NCBI RefSeq assembly: GCF_029232205.1
Contig: NZ_CP107255.1
Coordinates: 180,001-212,000, forward strand
From: Candidatus Saccharimonadota bacterium
GTDB lineage: Archaea; Nanohalarchaeota; Nanosalinia; Nanosalinales; Nanosalinaceae
DNA: 32,000 nt
Reading direction: 5' to 3'
In this document: piece after piece, positions 1-8,770 of the stretch
Layout of the letters: each line of letters begins with the position of its first letter
Position numbering within the stretch: position 1 is the stretch's first letter
Program-made: the position numbers and the translations under genes
The notes under the pieces: generated by a model
Told to the model about the DNA's origin: nothing
Seen by the model: the letters and a program-made list of their open reading frames with translations, nothing else
Databases searched by the model: none

Positions 1-1653
1 TTTGAAGTCGGATAGTCTGACTACTACCTGGTCTGGGTAGAATGCTGCCGCGATTTTTCCAATTCCGGATCTGAGGGCCTCTACGTATTCGTCTCCTCTG
101 TCCTGTTCGATGAGGTGGAGAGGGTGTTCTCCTACGTGGCTGGAAATGATGAATTCTTCTCTTGCTAGGCCTACTCCGTCGACTGGTAGCTGTGCGAGGT
201 TGAAGACCTCTGATGGTTCTCCGATGTTGATCTGTACATCGGTTTCTGTTTCCGGTATTTCGTCTAGGTGGTGTTCTTCGATGTCGAAGTCGAGTTCTCC
301 TTCCCAGATTTTTCCTGTTGAGCTGCTGCCGTCTACTGTTACGTCCTGTCCATCGTGGAGGCTGGATGTCGCTGTTTCTGTTCCGATTACTGCTGGTACT
401 CCGAGTTCTCTGGATACGATTGCTGCGTGGCTTGTTCGGCCTCCTTTGTTGGTGATGATTGCTCCGGCCTTCTTCATGATTGGCTCCCAGTCTGGGTCAG
501 TCATGTCTGTTACGAGGACTTCTCCTTCCTCGAACTGGTCGATCTGTTTCGGACTGTCGAGGACGTGGGCCTCTCCGGATCCGATTTTTGATCCGATGGC
601 TGATCCTTCGAGAAGTACTTCAGATTCTTCTCTGAGTTTGTAGTCTTTGATTACGTTTTCGTCTTTTTCGGACTGTACGGTTTCTGGCCGGGCCTGTACG
701 ATGTAGAGTTCTTTGGTTTGGCCGTCTAGAACCCATTCGATGTCCATTGGTTTTCCGTAGTGTTCTTCGATTTTCAGGCCATATTTTGCGAGTTCCTTGA
801 CCTGGTTGTCGGTTACGCAGAATTTTTCTCTTTCGTCCTGTGGTACTTTGACTCTTTCGTTGTCTTTTCCTTCTTCTTCGCTTCTTACGAGTTTGATTTC
901 TTTGTCGCCGACTTTTCGTTCAAGTATTCCAAGGTTTCTTTTCAGTACTGTGAATTCGTCCGGGTTTACTTCGCCTGCGACGACGAGGTCTCCTAGGCCG
1001 TATGCTGCGTTGATTGTGACTACATCTTCGAATCCGCTGTCTGGATCCATGGTGAACATGACTCCTGCGCTTCCTGTGTCGGAGCGGCCCATTTTCTGGA
1101 CTACTGCGGAAAGTTTGACGTCGAAGTGGCTGAATCCTTTGTCTTCACGGTATGAGATTGCTCTGTTTGTGAATAGGGATGCGAAGCAGGCCTTGATTTT
1201 CTGAATTAGTTCTTTTTCTCCTGATACGTTGAGGTATGTGTCTTGCTGGCCTGCGAAGCTTGCTCCTGGCAGGTCTTCTGCTGTTGCGGAGGAACGTACT
1301 GCTACTTTTGGTTCGTCGACTCCCAGTTTTTCTTCGAGTTCTCTGTATGATTTTACAAAGCTTTTTCTGAGGTCTTCGGGCATGTCTGCGTCTTGGATGT
1401 GGCCTCTGATTTTTTCTCCTCTCTTCTGTATATTGTTTACGTCGTCGACGTCTAGGTCTGAGAGAAGGTTTTCGATTGTGCTTTTGAGGCCGGTTTCCTT
1501 CATGAATTGTTCGTAGGCGTCCGCTGTTGTAGCGAATCCTGGTAGTACAGGTACGTCTACTTCGTTTTGAAGTTCTCCGAGGTTAGCGCTTTTACCTCCC
1601 ACGCGGGAAGTATCGTCTGCTGTAATGTTTTCGAACCAGAGTACGTTCGGCAT
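1..1653 (-). CDS. ppsA: phosphoenolpyruvate synthase (pyruvate, water dikinase), N-terminal 551 codons; 3' end runs off the window
   Basis: Absent from the ORF track because it is open to position 1. Reverse-strand translation from the ATG at 1653..1651 reads MPNVLWFENITADDTSRVGGKSANLGEL..., a PpsA-type N-terminus. It continues in frame to MKKAGAIITNKGGRTSHAAIVSRELGVPAVIG (nt ~380-477), the phosphohistidine swivel-domain motif. The + strand ORFs at 110..1516 are antisense shadows. Confidence 0.9.
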   Translation of the reverse strand, partial: MPNVLWFENITADDTSRVGGKSANLGELQNEVDVPVLPGFATTADAYEQFMKETGLKSTIENLLSDLDVDDVNNIQKRGEKIRGHIQDADMPEDLRKSFVKSYRELEEKLGVDEPKVAVRSSATAEDLPGASFAGQQDTYLNVSGEKELIQKIKACFASLFTNRAISYREDKGFSHFDVKLSAVVQKMGRSDTGSAGVMFTMDPDSGFEDVVTINAAYGLGDLVVAGEVNPDEFTVLKRNLGILERKVGDKEIKLVRSEEEGKDNERVKVPQDEREKFCVTDNQVKELAKYGLKIEEHYGKPMDIEWVLDGQTKELYIVQARPETVQSEKDENVIKDYKLREESEVLLEGSAIGSKIGSGEAHVLDSPKQIDQFEEGEVLVTDMTDPDWEPIMKKAGAIITNKGGRTSHAAIVSRELGVPAVIGTETATSSLHDGQDVTVDGSSSTGKIWEGELDFDIEEHHLDEIPETETDVQINIGEPSEVFNLAQLPVDGVGLAREEFIISSHVGEHPLHLIEQDRGDEYVEALRSGIGKIAAAFYPDQVVVRLSDFK

Positions 1654-1755
1654 AATATTTTAGAATGGAAAAGCCCTGAATTTAAAGAGAGCGTTATGAT
1701 TCAAGGGTAAAAAAGATCTGCAGAAAAGTTTTTCTGTTTCGTCAGGCCCTGAAAG

Positions 1756-2403
1756 CTATTTTTCGACAAGTACGCGGTCGATTCTTCCTACTTCTGGTCC
1801 TGAGGTGTCCTGGCCTGTGACTACTGCGTTGTCGTTCGTGAGGATTCCTGCTCCTACGAAAGGTGATCCTGTGTTTACTGTTCCAATATCTGCGTGTTCT
1901 ACGTCCAGTACTTCTTTTACCTTTTCAGCTGTTTCTTCTGAGGTATCTCTGTGCAGTAGGACTCCTCTGCTGTTTGCTGCTCCGCATGAGCCAGGGTTCG
2001 GTGTGCCTGCTATATCCATTACCTCTACGTCGACTTCGAGGGCCTCTTCTATTTTTTCTTTCTGGTCTTCGAGGTTGCGGCTGATTACTGCGCCGTTATC
2101 GTTTGCGAGCACCAGGTTCCCGAGTGCTGTTTCCTCTGAGTCTATAACTGTGTAGTCTATTCCTGCTTCGTCCATTTTCTTTTTCTCTATGTCGGTTGTT
2201 ACGTCAGGGATTAGAATGCTGTTGGAGTTACCTGCCGTGAATAGGCCTACAAGTCTTGTTCTCGCTACATAGGTATCTACATCTTCCGTGTCGAATACTT
2301 CTTTCTCCTTGAATTCTGGAGGGAAGATTGCTTGAGAGTTGGTTACTGTGGCGTAGAAGCCGATGTTTGAGTTACCGAGGTAGTTGTAGCGAGAAAGTTC
2401 CAT
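1756..2403 (-). CDS. eif6: translation initiation factor 6 (aIF6)
   Basis: 215 aa with the pentein-repeat-like sequence (NIGFYATVTN..., GNLVLANDNGAVIS, GTVNTGSPFVGAGILTNDNAVVTG) typical of a/eIF6. It sits in the conserved archaeal position next to eL31/eL39. Confidence 0.93.
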   Translation of the reverse strand: MELSRYNYLGNSNIGFYATVTNSQAIFPPEFKEKEVFDTEDVDTYVARTRLVGLFTAGNSNSILIPDVTTDIEKKKMDEAGIDYTVIDSEETALGNLVLANDNGAVISRNLEDQKEKIEEALEVDVEVMDIAGTPNPGSCGAANSRGVLLHRDTSEETAEKVKEVLDVEHADIGTVNTGSPFVGAGILTNDNAVVTGQDTSGPEVGRIDRVLVEK

Positions 2404-2406
2404 TGA

Positions 2407-2868
2407 TTATCCTTCCATCTTTCCTTCGATGAATTCTTTCAGGGTCTTTCTGTCCTTTCCCTGTTTCTCTGCTTCTAGAAGTGCTTCGTAGTCTGGATTA
2501 TCCATTTCTGAGATAGCATCTTTTGCATCTCCTACAGTCCCGCCAACTACATCGCTGTAATCTTCTGCGGTGTCTTCTTCAGTTGACTCTTCGGTGGTTG
2601 ATGTCTCCTGTGTTGTGGTTGTTTGTTGGGAAGGCGTTTCTGCTGGGTATGCTACTTTTCTTCCGTTTTCTTCCTCTACTTCAACTGTTACTTTGGATGG
2701 TGGGCTGGATCCTCCTTTTCTCCAGATTGACTGGTTTAGTTCTGGAGATATGCTTACATCTCCTTCTGCGTTCTGAAGCTTTTCGCGTAGAATGCTCATG
2801 GCTTTCTTTGAACGCTTGTTTCTGCCTACTACTTTGGCTCTTGAGAGATTGAATTTGTGTCTTGTCAT
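2407..2868 (-). CDS. rpl31e: ribosomal protein eL31 with ~75 aa C-terminal extension
   Basis: The N-terminal ~76 aa (RAKVVGRNKRSKKAMSILREKL...SISPELNQSIWRKGG...PSKVTVEV) match the eL31 core. The remainder is a T/E/S-rich linker plus a helical tail (GGTVGDAKDAISEMDNPDYEALLEAEKQGKDRKTLKEFIEGK). Confidence 0.9.
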   Translation of the reverse strand: MTRHKFNLSRAKVVGRNKRSKKAMSILREKLQNAEGDVSISPELNQSIWRKGGSSPPSKVTVEVEEENGRKVAYPAETPSQQTTTTQETSTTEESTEEDTAEDYSDVVGGTVGDAKDAISEMDNPDYEALLEAEKQGKDRKTLKEFIEGKMEG

Positions 2869-2914
2869 TGTTGAAAACTCCTTTTACCCTATGAAAAGGG
2901 TGATAAGTGGGGAT

Positions 2915-3088
2915 TTACTCGTCTGTGTCGTTCCGTCTCCAGTGGCGGCTCTTACGAGGCTTGATGGATCTCTTCATTGCTCTGTCCATACCGAATGCTT
3001 TCAGTGAAACCCACCGTGGAGCAGATTTAGCTGTCTTGTTGGCCTTTGAAAGCCTTTTCTTCTTACCTAGTGACTTGTTTGAACTCAT
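2915..3088 (-). CDS. rpl39e: ribosomal protein eL39
   Basis: Not in the ORF track (57 aa). Manual reverse-strand translation gives MSSNKSLGKKKRLSKANKTAKSAPRWVSLKAFGMDRAMKRSIKPRKSRHWRRNDTDE*. The basic composition and the ...RHWRRNDTDE C-terminus are characteristic of archaeal eL39, and it lies in the conserved position between the PDCD5-like gene and eL31. Confidence 0.88.
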   Translation of the reverse strand: MSSNKSLGKKKRLSKANKTAKSAPRWVSLKAFGMDRAMKRSIKPRKSRHWRRNDTDE

Positions 3089-3098
3089 AGTACAGTTT

Positions 3099-3425
3099 TC
3101 ACCTCCTGAACTTTATATCTGAACTGTTTTTCTCCTTCTCACTCTGGAAGGATTTCAATATGTCTTTAAGCTGCTCGTCTGTAACTTTTTCCACTCTTCC
3201 TGAGCGGCCCAGTCGAGCAATCTGCATCTCGATGCTGGAAGCAAGGTCGGGTTGAGCAACGCGGATGTTGCCCATTCTTTCCTTCGCGTTTTTTGTCAGG
3301 TATTTTGAGGCCTGTTGTTTGATCTGATCTCTTTGATCTTCGAGGGCCTCTTCCTCTGACTGTTGCTGTTCTTCTATCTCGTTTCTTTTCTGTTCGCGAA
3401 GTTTCTCCAGCTCGTCTTCGTCCAT
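3099..3425 (-). CDS. PDCD5/TFAR19-family DNA-binding protein
   Basis: 108 aa with an acidic coiled N-terminus, then ...AKERMGNIRVAQPDLASSIEMQIARLGRSGRV.KVTDEQLKDIL. This matches the archaeal PDCD5-like double-stranded-DNA-binding family, and the gene has the conserved neighbourhood with eS19/eL39. Confidence 0.85.
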   Translation of the reverse strand: MDEDELEKLREQKRNEIEEQQQSEEEALEDQRDQIKQQASKYLTKNAKERMGNIRVAQPDLASSIEMQIARLGRSGRVEKVTDEQLKDILKSFQSEKEKNSSDIKFRR

Positions 3426-3431
3426 TGTCCT

Positions 3432-3836
3432 TTATAGTTCGTCGGACTTTTCGTCGAGGAAGCTTTTACCTTTCTCTGTAATTACTCGGCCTTCTCCTTC
3501 CTCTGTCTCTACGTAGCCTGCTTCTTCAAGGTTCTGAAGTGCAGTACGGATTACGCTGCCTGATGCCTTTCCGTGGTGTTCAGGACCGTGTCCGTTGTTC
3601 TTGTTGCCTCCGTAGATTGTTCTGAGTCTGGAGACTCCTAGCGGGCCGTCTGTGTAGATCTTTCTCAGGATTGCTGCGGATCTGATGTGGTACCAGTTGT
3701 CCTGATCTGGTGTACGATCCTTGTGCTGTCCTGTTTTTACGAAATTACTCCATTCTGGGGCCTCGAAGTCATCTTCGAGTTCCTCTGCTACTTTCTGAAT
3801 CAGAGGCTCCGCTTTTACATCGTATACTGTGGTCAT
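3432..3836 (-). CDS. rps19e: ribosomal protein eS19
   Basis: 134 aa: TVYDVKAEPLIQKVAEEL...PEWSNFVKTGQHKDRTPDQDNWYHIRSAAILRKIY.DGPLGVSRLRTIYGG is a typical eS19 sequence. Confidence 0.92.
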   Translation of the reverse strand: MTTVYDVKAEPLIQKVAEELEDDFEAPEWSNFVKTGQHKDRTPDQDNWYHIRSAAILRKIYTDGPLGVSRLRTIYGGNKNNGHGPEHHGKASGSVIRTALQNLEEAGYVETEEGEGRVITEKGKSFLDEKSDEL

Positions 3837-3891
3837 ACATTACACCGATGTTCAAAAACTTTTAAATCAAACCGGCGCGAATATCTGTTCT

Positions 3892-4992
3892 TCACTGGAA
3901 CACCCATTCTCCGTTTTCCTGGACTAGTTCTCCGTCAACGTATATTTTTCCGCCGTTTCTGAGTTCCTTGACGATGTCCCAGTGGATTCCGGACTGGTTT
4001 CTGACGTCTTCTGGTGCACATTCCTCGTAAGCTCTTCCAAGAGCCAGGTGGATTGTACCCCCGATTTTTTCGTCGAATAACGTGTTCTTGATGTGGTCTG
4101 TGATCTGACGGTTGGTTCCAATACCAAGTTCTCCAACCCTTTTTGCGCCTTCGTCGGTGTCCAGCATTTTCTCCAGGTATTCCTCGTTTTTCTCTGCGGA
4201 GTAGTCCGCTACTTTTCCGTTTTCGAATTCCAGGTAGATTCCAGCTACTTCGTTACCTGAGGCAATTCCAGGATAAGTGAACTTAATATGACCCTCCAGA
4301 GATTCCTTAATTGGGGCGTAGAAAACCTCACCCGCAGGAATATTGTGATCGCCGTTGTCGCATACTCCTTCACGGCCTTCAAGACTCAAAGTTAATTCAG
4401 TATCTTCGGCCTCTATCCTGACCTCTTCCGCTCCATCGAAGACTTCTTTGATCTCCGCGTTTTTCTCTTCAAGGCCTTCCCAGTCGACCTCTGTAACTGC
4501 CTCTATTACGAAATCTCTGAACTCTTGTGTTGGCATTCCTGCTTCCTGGGCCATTGCATCTGTAGGGTATCTTGTGGTGACCCATCTCTTGTCGAGTCTT
4601 TCCGTTAGAATATCCTGTGTGGCTTCTTTTCTGGCTGATATTTTCTCCGAGTTGAGGCCTGCTAGTTCTTTCTCGTTGTCGCCTCCACCGATCCGGATGT
4701 ATGCATCCATTTTCTGCATTTCCTGGAGTTTGGCCTCTGACATGTGTTTCATTTGTTCTTTTGTTCCGTGTTTTACCCAGTCGTAGTCCAGGCCTTCGCT
4801 GCTGATCTGTGAGTCGTACACGAAGTGTTCGTGTGGGTATGCTCCTTTCTTTATTATCTGTCTTCTGACTTCGTCGAAAAGTTCTTTGGATTCTACTGAC
4901 TTGGATAGTAGGTATACGTTGTCTCCTTCTTCGATTTCTGCTGCTCTTTCGACTAGTACTTTGGCAAAGTCCTGGATTCGCTGGGATGTCAT
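3892..4992 (-). CDS. M29-family aminopeptidase (AmpS/PepS-like)
   Basis: 366 aa. The C-terminal motifs VGELGIGTN, FDEKIGGTIHLALGRAY and SGIHWDIV are typical of thermophilic metalloprotease family M29. Confidence 0.85.
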   Translation of the reverse strand: MTSQRIQDFAKVLVERAAEIEEGDNVYLLSKSVESKELFDEVRRQIIKKGAYPHEHFVYDSQISSEGLDYDWVKHGTKEQMKHMSEAKLQEMQKMDAYIRIGGGDNEKELAGLNSEKISARKEATQDILTERLDKRWVTTRYPTDAMAQEAGMPTQEFRDFVIEAVTEVDWEGLEEKNAEIKEVFDGAEEVRIEAEDTELTLSLEGREGVCDNGDHNIPAGEVFYAPIKESLEGHIKFTYPGIASGNEVAGIYLEFENGKVADYSAEKNEEYLEKMLDTDEGAKRVGELGIGTNRQITDHIKNTLFDEKIGGTIHLALGRAYEECAPEDVRNQSGIHWDIVKELRNGGKIYVDGELVQENGEWVFQ

Positions 4993-5074
4993 GTATTAGA
5001 ACCCGTAGGCTAGGAATTTAACTCTAATCTAGAACTGATAAAGAGAAAAAATTGGGGGGAAAGGAAAACGGCCT

Positions 5075-7000
5075 TTACTGGAGGAAGTCTGGCTCCAGTT
5101 TCTTCTCCTCTACTTCCTTTTTGAGGGCCTCTCTGAATTCTTCTACTGTGAATCCGCGGTCTTCGTTTTCCTCACGATCTCTGACAGAAATTTCTCCGGC
5201 CTCCTGCTCGTCATCTCCCAAGATGAGCATGTATGGCACGTTGTCGTCGTGTGCGGCCTGAATTTTTTTCCCTACTGTCCAGCTTCTGTCCTCGATCTCT
5301 ACGCGGAAGTCTGAAAGTTGTTCCTTGATTTTTTCTGCGTATTCTTTGTTGTCGTCGGTTACTGGCAGGATTCTGACCTGTTCTGGTGCTAGCCATGTTG
5401 GGAAGTCTCCTGCGAAGTGCTCGATCATGACGCCCATAAATCGATCAATGGATCCTAGGATTGCTCTGTGAAGCATGACTGGATAGTGTTCTTCGTTGTC
5501 CTCTCCTACGTATTTGAGGCCGTAGTTACGTGGAATTACGAAGTCGAGCTGTACTGTACCTAGCTGCCATTTCCGGCCGATTGCGTCCTCTACTTCTACG
5601 CCGATCTTTGGGCCGTAGAATGCGCCTTCTTCCGGTTTGACTTCGAAGTCACCTACTTTTTCGTTCATAGCGTTTTCTAGTGCTTCTTCGGCTTCTTCCC
5701 AGAGTTCGTCAGGTCCTTGGGCCTTTGGAGGCTTTGTCTCCATGATGAAGTTGACGTCGAATCCGAATTCGTCGTACATTTCGATGATGATGTCGAGGTG
5801 TTTCTTGATTTCTTCCTCGATCTGGTCTTTGCGCATGTAGGCGTGGCCGTCGTCCTGTGTAAGCCCTCTGACTCTTAGAAGTCCTGATAGCTCTCCGCTT
5901 TGCTCGTTTCTGTATACTGTTCCGAACTCTGAGAGCTTGATCGGTAGTTCTCTGTAGCTTTTCTTCCCTGAGTCGAAGATGTGGCTGTGGTTGGCGCAGT
6001 TCATAGGCTTCAGGCCGTATTCTGTGTCATCCTGCTCCCATGCGAACATTTCGCCCTCTTCTTTGAAGGCCTCGTAGTGGCCTGTCTTTTTCCAGAGTTC
6101 TGCCTTGTTTAGTTCAGGTGTCTTTACTTCTGTGTAGCCTAGTTCGGCGTTTTTCTCTCTGATGTAGTCTTCTAGTTCTCTCCTGATTTTCATGCCTTGT
6201 GGGTGGAAGTGTGCGCATCCTGGTGCGAAGTCAGGAATTGAGAAGAGATCCATTTCTTTTCCGATTCTTCTGTGATCTCTTTTTTCGGCCTCCCGTCTTT
6301 TTTCCAGGAAGTCTTCCAGCTCTGATTCTGATGGGAATGCTGTTCCATATACTCTTGTCAGCATCTCGTTTTCTTCATCTCCTCTCCAGTAGGCTCCTGC
6401 GATCTCCATTAGTTTGAAGCCACCTACTTCTCCAGTTGATTCTACGTGTGGGCCTTTACAGAGGTCTTTGAATTCTCCCTGTTTGTAGAAGGATACTTCT
6501 TCTCCTTCTCCGGCTTCCTCTGCGAGGATTTCCTGTTTGTACTTGTTGTCGGAGAAGAATTCTTCTGCTTCCTCTCTTGGAAGCATTTCTCTTTCTATTT
6601 CCAGGTCTTCTTCGATGATTGAGGCCATTTCTTCCTCTATTTCTTCGAAGTCTTCTTCGTCCAGGTCTACTCCGTCGATGTCGTAGTAGAATCCTTCATC
6701 AGTCCACGGCCCGATTGTAAGTTTTACTTCGTCGCCGTAGATTCTCTTCATGGCCTGTGCGAATACGTGTGCGGCGCTGTGTCTTAGTACTTGAGTGTAT
6801 TCTTCGCTCTGGTCTGTGACTATTTCTATTTCGTCGCCGTCGCTGACTTGTTCTTCTTTGGCTACGAGTTCGCCGTTGATTTTTCCGGCTACTGTGTCGT
6901 CTCCGAGGCCTGTTCCTATTTCGTAGGCTACGTCTTGTATTGTTGAGTTTTCTTCTACTTCTAAACTGGAGCCGTCTGGTAGTCTTACTTCAATGCTCAT
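5075..7000 (-). CDS. thrS: threonyl-tRNA synthetase, bacterial-type architecture (TGS + N2 editing + class II core + anticodon-binding)
   Basis: 641 aa. N-terminal TGS-like beta-grasp (MSIEVRLPDGSSLEV...), editing-domain HxxxH motif (LRHSAAHVFAQAM), class II core (FRNEQSGELSGLLRVRGLTQDDGH) and a C-terminal anticodon-binding domain (VRILPVTDD...). Confidence 0.95.
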   Translation of the reverse strand: MSIEVRLPDGSSLEVEENSTIQDVAYEIGTGLGDDTVAGKINGELVAKEEQVSDGDEIEIVTDQSEEYTQVLRHSAAHVFAQAMKRIYGDEVKLTIGPWTDEGFYYDIDGVDLDEEDFEEIEEEMASIIEEDLEIEREMLPREEAEEFFSDNKYKQEILAEEAGEGEEVSFYKQGEFKDLCKGPHVESTGEVGGFKLMEIAGAYWRGDEENEMLTRVYGTAFPSESELEDFLEKRREAEKRDHRRIGKEMDLFSIPDFAPGCAHFHPQGMKIRRELEDYIREKNAELGYTEVKTPELNKAELWKKTGHYEAFKEEGEMFAWEQDDTEYGLKPMNCANHSHIFDSGKKSYRELPIKLSEFGTVYRNEQSGELSGLLRVRGLTQDDGHAYMRKDQIEEEIKKHLDIIIEMYDEFGFDVNFIMETKPPKAQGPDELWEEAEEALENAMNEKVGDFEVKPEEGAFYGPKIGVEVEDAIGRKWQLGTVQLDFVIPRNYGLKYVGEDNEEHYPVMLHRAILGSIDRFMGVMIEHFAGDFPTWLAPEQVRILPVTDDNKEYAEKIKEQLSDFRVEIEDRSWTVGKKIQAAHDDNVPYMLILGDDEQEAGEISVRDREENEDRGFTVEEFREALKKEVEEKKLEPDFLQ

Positions 7001-7201
7001 TGAGAATCTCCTGAAAATCTTTGAATTGTATAAAAGGGTTTAGAACAGCTAAAGTTAAAGCTGGCTTGGTTGCGATACATGTAGGCCGAAGGTAAAACGT
7101 CCACCTTTCATTGTGTATGATTTTTGCAGAGTTTTTCTTAATAGTGTGTTGGTTGGCCTGGAAATCCCACATTTTTAATTTCTGTCTTATAATTTTGTAC
7201 T

Positions 7202-8194
7202 GTGAGAGTCTGTCATTATACTGATTGCGAGTTTCTAGTCGGTGGCGGAATTGAGCAGTCGTTTAAGCTGCAGAGAAAAGCATTGGATAAAGCAGAAGTA
7301 AATTGGACGCCAGATTCTGCCGAAGATTTTGACATACTGCATTTGAATACGTTAACGCCTCTATCAATTTTCAACATGTTTAAGGCCAATATGGGAGGTA
7401 AGAAGGTGATTTACCATGTTCATTCGACGGCTGAGGACTTTGAAGGAAGTTTCAGGTTTTCCAAGTTGCTTTCTCCGGTTGTCGATTACTTTACTAGAGC
7501 GGTTTACTCTCGGGCAGATCTGCTTCTAGCACCTTCAAAGTATACCAAGAATATCTTGGAAGAGAAAGGTATGCAAAATGTTGAGGTTGTAAGTAATTCG
7601 TATTGCAAGGACAGGTTGGAAGGTTATGATGAACTTGATAGTGAATCTTTGAGAGATAGTTATGATGTTGATAAGCCGGTAGTCGTTAATCTTGCTGCGG
7701 TATTTGAGCGTAAAGGCGTGCCAGACTTTGTCGGTGCTGCAGAGGAGATAGATAATGTTGATTTCATCTGGTTTGGATCTCAGGTTAATAGTATTGTTCA
7801 AGGTTCAAAGGTGAATTCGCTTCTATCAGATCTTCCTGAAAACACTCAGTTTCCAGGATTCGTTGAGGATCCAAGGGAGGCCTTCGCAGTAGGAGATATC
7901 TTCTTTTTTCCCAGCACTGTTGAACATCAGCCTGTTTCCCTACTTGAAGCTCTTGCATGTGAAATGCCGATAGTTGTGCGTGATATTCCTCAGTATGAGG
8001 GCTGGCTGGAGGATAGTAAGAACTGTATTAAAGCAGACTCAAGAGAAGGATTTGTAGAGGCCATAGAAGAACTGCGTGATGATCCCTCTCTTCGAAAGAA
8101 ATTGTCGGAAAACGCCAGTGAACAGTCGGAGAACCACACAGTTTCCCGTGTCGGAGATCGTTTGCAAGAAGTTTACTCGGACTGCCTGAACTGA
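7202..8194 (+). CDS. GT4-family glycosyltransferase (paralog of 13400..14398)
   Basis: 330 aa with a GTG start. It aligns from residue 1 with the 13400 product (MRVCHYTDCEFLVGGGIEQS vs MRISHYFEWEDLITGGHKQS) and has the GT-B C-terminal EX7E-like region (FFFPSTVEHQPVSLLEALACEMP). An A/T-rich TATA-like box (ttttaattt, ~7171-7180) lies 22-31 nt upstream, suggesting a leaderless mRNA. Confidence 0.8.
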   Translation: MRVCHYTDCEFLVGGGIEQSFKLQRKALDKAEVNWTPDSAEDFDILHLNTLTPLSIFNMFKANMGGKKVIYHVHSTAEDFEGSFRFSKLLSPVVDYFTRAVYSRADLLLAPSKYTKNILEEKGMQNVEVVSNSYCKDRLEGYDELDSESLRDSYDVDKPVVVNLAAVFERKGVPDFVGAAEEIDNVDFIWFGSQVNSIVQGSKVNSLLSDLPENTQFPGFVEDPREAFAVGDIFFFPSTVEHQPVSLLEALACEMPIVVRDIPQYEGWLEDSKNCIKADSREGFVEAIEELRDDPSLRKKLSENASEQSENHTVSRVGDRLQEVYSDCLN

Positions 8195-8236
8195 TTATTA
8201 GAAAAAAGTATTTCTTCATAAATCACCTGTGTAATT

Positions 8237-8767
8237 ATGATAACAGTTCTCAGATTGGGCCACCGCAGAGGAAGAGATGACAGAATTTCAACTCATGTAG
8301 GCCTTACAGCCCGTCAATGGGGGGCAGATAGAATAGTATATTCGGGAGAGAAAGATACCGGTATTCTTGATTCTCAGAGAGATATTATCGATCGCTGGGG
8401 CGGAGATACTGAGGTAGAGTACACTGAGAACTGGAAAAATGTTATCAGAGATTTTGAAGGCCTTTCCGTGCATCTGACAATGTACGGCGAAAAGATCAAC
8501 GAGAGAATCGAGGGCCTGAAGAAGGAGTTTGCTGAAGAAGAGGATCTCTTGATTGTTGTCGGTGCTGAAAAAGTTCCTCGCTGGGTCTACACGCATGTTG
8601 ACTACAATATTTCTGTAGGGAATCAGCCTCACAGCGAGATTGCGGCCCTGGCGGTTTTCATGGATAGGATTCAGGAAGGCCGATTAAAGGAAGGTTTTGA
8701 AGGTGCGGAGATAGAAGTTGAGCCGACTGAAGATAGAAAGATTACTAGAGAGCTTGATGAAGAGTAA
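8237..8767 (+). CDS. tRNA (cytidine56-2'-O)-methyltransferase aTrm56 (SPOUT)
   Basis: 176 aa. The N-terminus VLRLGHRRGRDDRISTHVGLTARQWGAD and the later motifs LTMYGE and NQPHSEIAALAVFMDR match the archaeal aTrm56 family. Confidence 0.88.
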   Translation: MITVLRLGHRRGRDDRISTHVGLTARQWGADRIVYSGEKDTGILDSQRDIIDRWGGDTEVEYTENWKNVIRDFEGLSVHLTMYGEKINERIEGLKKEFAEEEDLLIVVGAEKVPRWVYTHVDYNISVGNQPHSEIAALAVFMDRIQEGRLKEGFEGAEIEVEPTEDRKITRELDEE

Positions 8768-8770
8768 AAT

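Noticed and set aside
110-1516. Plus-strand ORFs in the track (110..643, 355..591, 760..996, 797..1204, 1229..1516)
   Set aside because: They lie antisense to a continuous, clearly homologous PEP synthase frame on the minus strand. Their products are low-complexity S/L/F-rich sequences typical of shadow ORFs.
4355-4786. 143-aa plus-strand ORF inside the aminopeptidase gene, and similar antisense ORFs at 18018..18470, 20247..21120, 23238..24617 and 25199..26317
   Set aside because: Each is fully nested opposite a confidently identified gene and encodes Ser/Leu/Phe-rich sequence with no recognisable motifs. These are shadow ORFs caused by the purine-rich coding strand.
7001-7201. Possible ncRNA in the 200-nt ThrRS/GT4 divergent intergenic region
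   Set aside because: It holds only weak short hairpins and A/T-rich boxes consistent with two divergent promoters. Nothing there is comparable to the hairpin cluster at 24996..25165.
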